Source: Lama guanicoe
Taxonomy: Eukaryota
Assembly (NCBI GenBank): GCA_013239625.1
Contig: MU056693.1
Span: forward strand, 372,001-436,000
Direction of reading: 5' to 3'
DNA: 64,000 bases
Shown: positions 56,124 through 64,000 of the stretch, piece by piece
How the letters are laid out: every line of letters starts with the position of its first letter
Position numbering within the stretch: position 1 is the stretch's first letter
The notes under the pieces: generated by a model
Database searches by the model: none
Told to the model about the DNA's origin: nothing
The model's input: only the letters and a program-made list of their open reading frames with translations
Made by a program: the position numbers and the translations under genes

Positions 56124-58167
56124 CTAGTTGTGTTTGGAGAAATATTCCTTGCTGTCGTCCACATTGGGCTTGATTGTGTCACTGCCTGGCTTCCAGCCAG
56201 CAGGACAGACTGGAAAGACAAGAGATGCACATGTGAGGTTAAAGGGCCATATTCAAGGTAGAGCCATAGTGAGGGGACAGATAGGCAAAGCAAGAGCATG
56301 AGTTGCAGAAGAAAAAGCCTGGAGCCGAGTGTTCCAGGCCCAAGACCATGCTGCATGATGAGAAGCCCTCCAAACCCAGCTGCAGGATTTTCTGGCTGAC
56401 ATTTTAACTTCCTTTTTGGCTCCTTTCATCCCATCTTTCTCTCTCAGCCCCAGCCCCACTGGACTTCGAGGGCCTGGCTGTGGTCAGGTTGTGTCCTTCA
56501 CATGAGAAGATACTCTGATCCAACTAACATTAAAGCCTGCCTTGGGACACTCATTCTCAAATACCTTCTATAGATTTCTATTACCTCCCCGCTCCCCAGC
56601 CTCATATTGGGGTATTTCCCCCACCAGACTAGAAACTTCCTGGCTTCCGGCCTTGAGCTGAATCTTCTAGGGGCCCTCACATCCATCCCACACGGGTGAT
56701 AAGCAGGCAATGAATGTACGCACGCATGACAGAGGGGCTGCATAGGTACCCCCGTGTGAACATGTCTGTGTGTCTGCTCACCTTCCCCATGCTCATCTGT
56801 GTACTGGAAGGCCTGGACCAGCCGCAGAGCCTCGTCCACGGAGCGTCCCACAGGCAAATCATTGATAGTGATCTGGCGAAGGATACCCTTGCCATCGATG
56901 ATAAAGAGGCCCCTAAGATACCAGGGTTCACAGTGAGGAGCCGGGGCTCCCACTATTAGGGCTAGGGGAGGGAGTACCGACTTCCTGCTAGCCACAGGGT
57001 TAGGGGCAAGGAGGGCATCACCCAAGAGTGGTCCCCTCACCCTGACACCCTGAAGACAGGGGCTTCCTGAGGCTGCTACAGTACCTGTATGCGATGCCCT
57101 CGTCTTCCTTTAGCACACCATAATCACGGGACAAGCTTCTGGTTACATCAGCCAGCAGGGGGATGTTCAGGGGGCCCAAGCCTCCCTCCTTCCGAGGGGT
57201 GTTGATCCTAGGGGTGGAGAAGACAGGGCTGGGACCCCAGGATGCCTGGCACAGCAAGGTCCTCACCATGCGGGCCTGGGTGTGATAAGGGCTGGAGAGG
57301 GAGTGCTGGAGGTGAGCGATAAGGGGCTTTGGAGTAAGGCCTAGGGAGCCCCACCCATCCCACCCTGAAGTGGGTACAGGGGCTGTTTCCTCCAGCTGGG
57401 AAGACTAAGCTAATACTCTAGCAAATGGCTTCACATGTGCTTGTGGCTGCCTGCATCTTGGGGCAGAGAACCTGCCTTAGTCCCCATCCTTCTATCTTTA
57501 TCTTCTGTGTTCTGGGGCCCAGCCCTTCACTCTCTCGAACTGGAGTTTTCACCTTATTGAAATAGTTCTTGGGAGGGAGACTGTGTTGCCCTAAGTGAGA
57601 TAAAACATCTGCAACTCTCTAGGCCTCCTGACTAGTTTCCAAATGCTAATTATTGTCATCATCATTAAAGACTTTGGACATCACTATTTCCATTATTTTC
57701 AAGATGCGAAAGGGAGGCACAGAGATTGAACACTGGCCACGAGAACACACAGCTCTGACCCTATAGACGGGCAGGTTTAGCTGCACCCTCCTTCCTTGCT
57801 GCTCCCCACTCATACCAAGCCAGGTGGGTGAACTGAGAGTCGACGGAGACACCCAGCACCTCGCAGCCCAGCTTGTGGAACTCCTCAGCATGCTCACTGA
57901 AAGCGATGATCTCCGTGGGGCACACAAAGGTGAAGTCCAGCGGGTAGAAAAAGAGAACCAAGTATTTCCCTGGGGGAAGGGTGCGAATAGACAAGGAGTG
58001 AGGGCTCAGTGCCTCTAATGCCTGTGCTCCGCCCCCACCAGGCTCCCCTCCAGATCGCCCTCACCTCTGTAGTCTGAAAGCTTCACCTCCTTGAAGGCGC
58101 CATCTACCACGGCGGTGGCCTGGAACTCCGGAGCGTGCTTTCCGATGTGCGCGTTGCCTGAGGCCAT
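56124..58167 (-). CDS. PRDX2: Peroxiredoxin-2, 198 aa
   Basis: Exons 58065-58167, 57816-57969, 57085-57207, 56782-56912, 56124-56209 total 597 nt. [13 protein letters not shown] (peroxidatic Cys), GGLG, EVCPAGW (resolving Cys) and KEYF motifs. AATAAA (minus) at 55911-55916. Non-coding exon 1 donor at 58646. Confidence 0.98.
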
Positions 58168-58561
58168 GGCTGAAAGCTGAGACCCACCCCCTCCCGGTCA
58201 GTACGCCCGGGAGGACCCTTTGTCCTCGCTCCCCAAGGTCACGAGGCGGGCTGGGCCCAGTTACTGAGTCAGAGCGGCGGAGGCAGCAGCAGCACTGCCC
58301 TGCACCCTCTCCGGCACCAGGTCCGCACGGCCTTGAGACTTTGGGAGATCCACCCCCCTGGGCAGCAAGAGCGGCGGGACAGCTGCCGCCCGGCCCCCTG
58401 TTAGTGCATCGGACTGAGCGCGGCCGCGCAAGACCACCGGCCCAGCAGGAGACGCCGCGAGCAGGGGGCGGGGAGCCTGGGGATGCGGCCTGTATTCCAA
58501 GGCTCTGGCCTCGGTTTTCCCCGTAAGCACAAAGGCAGTCGCTAGGGTGGGTGGAAAATAA

Positions 58562-60441
<1,880 letters not shown>

Positions 60442-61372
60442 GCCCGGGTGAGAATCGGGCGCAGAGGAGGTGGGGCGGGAAGGGCTGGCGAGTCAGGGGC
60501 CGCGGGTTCCCAGGGTGGGCGGGGAGAGGGGAAAGGGCTGTTGGGGGCGGGTAAGAGCGGGCACCGGAAAGGAAAACGAAGTCTGGGGCTTGATCGCAGT
60601 GTGGAATGGGAGAGTTGAGTCAGGAGATGTGAGCCCCGCTGATATCCGAGGAGAAAGGAAGAAAGGTTGTGGGGCCGGAGAGGGGAAAACGGAGCTGGAG
60701 GAAATGGGACCCTGGTGAGGAATAGAAATCCACAGGCCGAGGGCGTGAGCCCCGCTGAAAGCAGGGAATCGAAAGAGACGTGCCGCGCGGTGGACAAATC
60801 TAGGAGGCGTGCGTCTCGCTAAGATGGGGGAGAGAGAGGGAGAAGGGCGGTATGGGGGTGCACCCCGAGTTGGGGGGAAGGAGCCTGCGTGGTGGGTGGA
60901 GACTCTGAGCCGAGTCTTTAGAGGTCTGCGGTCTTGGTTCGGGGAGTCTTAGCCCGAATGAGAGAGAGAGTAGGTAGCAGGCAAGGGGAGGGGGGCGCTC
61001 CGGATGAGCGACAGAGAGGGGGAATTGGGGAACTCCAAGAATGAAGGTTTGAGCTCCATGGGAGCGGGGATTCCTAGTCCACGGGTCTCAGACTGTGTGG
61101 AGTGGCAGGGACCGCGAGTACAAAGTGCCTGAAACCCGATGGGGGACAGGAATTCAGCGATACAGACACCGTATTCTAGGAGTATAGTGGTATTTGAACT
61201 TCTAGGCCCCGACCGAATCGGGTCCTCCAAGGCCCGCCTCAATTTCCCTTTTATTTCCCTCCCATCCCACTAGCCCCGGCGGGCGAAGCTCCAGAGACAC
61301 CGGGGCGAAGCTTGGAAAGCGACCCCACCCACTCCGTTCCCCAAACCCAGAGCTCGGCTGTTTGTCCCCGGA

Positions 61373-62419
<1,047 letters not shown>

Positions 62420-64000
62420 GTAAGCTAACTGTTGGATTACCCTCATTTGATCACCTCACTAGGGTATAAAAGGGCAGTGGATGATTCAGCATCAGACATA
62501 CCTGGAGTCCCTCAGGAACATCTGTTACCGCTGTCGATGTCCTACTGTTTTTCTTATCTTAAATGTGTGCCACACTGAGGACCATAGTGGAGCCCCCAGC
62601 CTCACCCCCATCTCATCTGTCTCCATGTCTTAAAGGCTCAGTGTCCAGAACAAATCCCCCATCTGTTCACCTGCCCACAGTCTCTGTCCTAACCCAGGGC
62701 ACCCTCCCCTCCTGGATGCCTGCCCCATCCTCCTCCAGCCCTCTCCCCTACAGTGTGTTCCCCACGAAGCAGACAGTTGTCTTTTTAAAATGTAAATCTC
62801 GGCATTTAATTTTCTGATCAAAGTGAAAGTTAAATCAGGAAAATTCACAGGCAAGTGGGGAATGAGATTAAATCATCAGAGAGAAATGTAAGTTGGCATT
62901 GCATCAAGTGCTCTGAGGCAAAGAACAGAATGTCTTGAAAGAATACCAAGGATGCATGCACTTGAGATAGAGAATGTATAAAGGGAGGCCTTGCTGAGGA
63001 GGTGGCTGAGGTCCAGGACTGGAATGTGGAGCTGACGATGCAGTAACTGAAGCAGACAAGGACCCTGCCCTCAGGGGTTCATGACCAAGTTAGGGGAGAC
63101 GAGCAGCTGGGAAACAAATAACAAAGATGATTTTTGAGAATAATAACAGCTATGGAGATCACTTTTCCTGTTACCTTTCTGACCTCGTCTCTGTTCCAGC
63201 CATGTGGTCTCTGTACCGCTGTTCAGCATATTTGATATGGTCCCACCTCAAGGCCTTTGCACTAGCTGTTCCCGCTGCCTAGAATACTCTTTCCCAGATC
63301 TTTCCATAGCTCATTCCTTTATCTCTTTCAGATCTTTATTTGCATGGCAACAGTTCACAGTGACCTTCCCTGAACAGGCCCAAAATTTAAAAAATGGTAA
63401 CCCCTTCAAGATCTCCCTTATGCTTTATTATTTATCCTGTTTCTTGTTTGTGGCCCTCACCAGAGTGTCCACTCCATGAGGCTAGGGGTTTTTGTCTGGC
63501 ATGTTCGCTGCTGTGTCCCCAGCACCTAGAGCAGACTATGGCATGCAGTAGGTTTTCAATAAATGTCGAATGGCTATAGTGTGATCAGGAAAAGCCTCTT
63601 TGGGATGTGATGTTTGAGCTGAGACCCCAGGAGAAAGATAACAGTCTGGGCACCAGCTGAGAGAAGAGTATTCCACGCAGCGGGAACAGCAAGTGCAAAG
63701 GCCTTGAAACTGGATCACCTGCACAGTTGTTTTTCCAGATGTTGTTCAATGAATACATTTCTGTCGCTGTGGCAGGTGTTTGTGGACACTGTCGGGCCTC
63801 CAGAGACATATCAGGAGTGGCTTCAGCAGCGCTTTCCTGGCATTGAGGTGACAGTCAAGGCCAAAGCAGACGCCCTCTTCCCTGTGGTCAGTGCTGCCAG
63901 TATCTGTGCCAAGGTTAGGCCCCCACTGGTCATGGTCAGCTCCCAGCATCCCCCTGGGCAGGAGGCAGGTGTGGTGGTTTCATGGGGAGGGAGATCTCAA

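Overview
Gene-dense, GC-rich mammalian genomic DNA with the gene order of human 19p13.13: TNPO2 (-, 5' half), TRIR/C19orf43 (-), GET3/ASNA1 (+), BEST2 (+), HOOK2 (-), JUNB (+), PRDX2 (-), a small secreted TSP1-domain gene matching THSD8 (+), and RNASEH2A (+, first 4 exons). Exon structures were reconstructed by hand, and the complete genes give phase-consistent proteins (GET3 348 aa, BEST2 516 aa, HOOK2 717/719 aa, JUNB 347 aa, PRDX2 198 aa, THSD8-like 116 aa). One young tRNA-derived SINE, with no Alu, B1 or Bov-type repeats seen, suggests a camelid. A 196-nt N gap probably hides TRIR exon 2. Most notable: (1) the poorly characterised secreted THSD8-like gene is head-to-head with PRDX2, has no visible poly(A) hexamer, and has a donor/acceptor pair that could splice it into RNASEH2A; (2) a 6-nt HOOK2 microexon with an SRRM4-type UGC signature; (3) a U12 minor-spliceosome intron in TNPO2 and a GC-AG intron in GET3; (4) an AP-1-dense JUNB enhancer domain bracketed by convergent CTCF motifs and flanked by mirror-image TG/CA-rich tracts; (5) a perfect 11-bp minisatellite upstream of the BEST2 coding region; (6) a TATA-box antisense promoter candidate inside HOOK2. 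All identifications come from sequence recognition; no searches were run.
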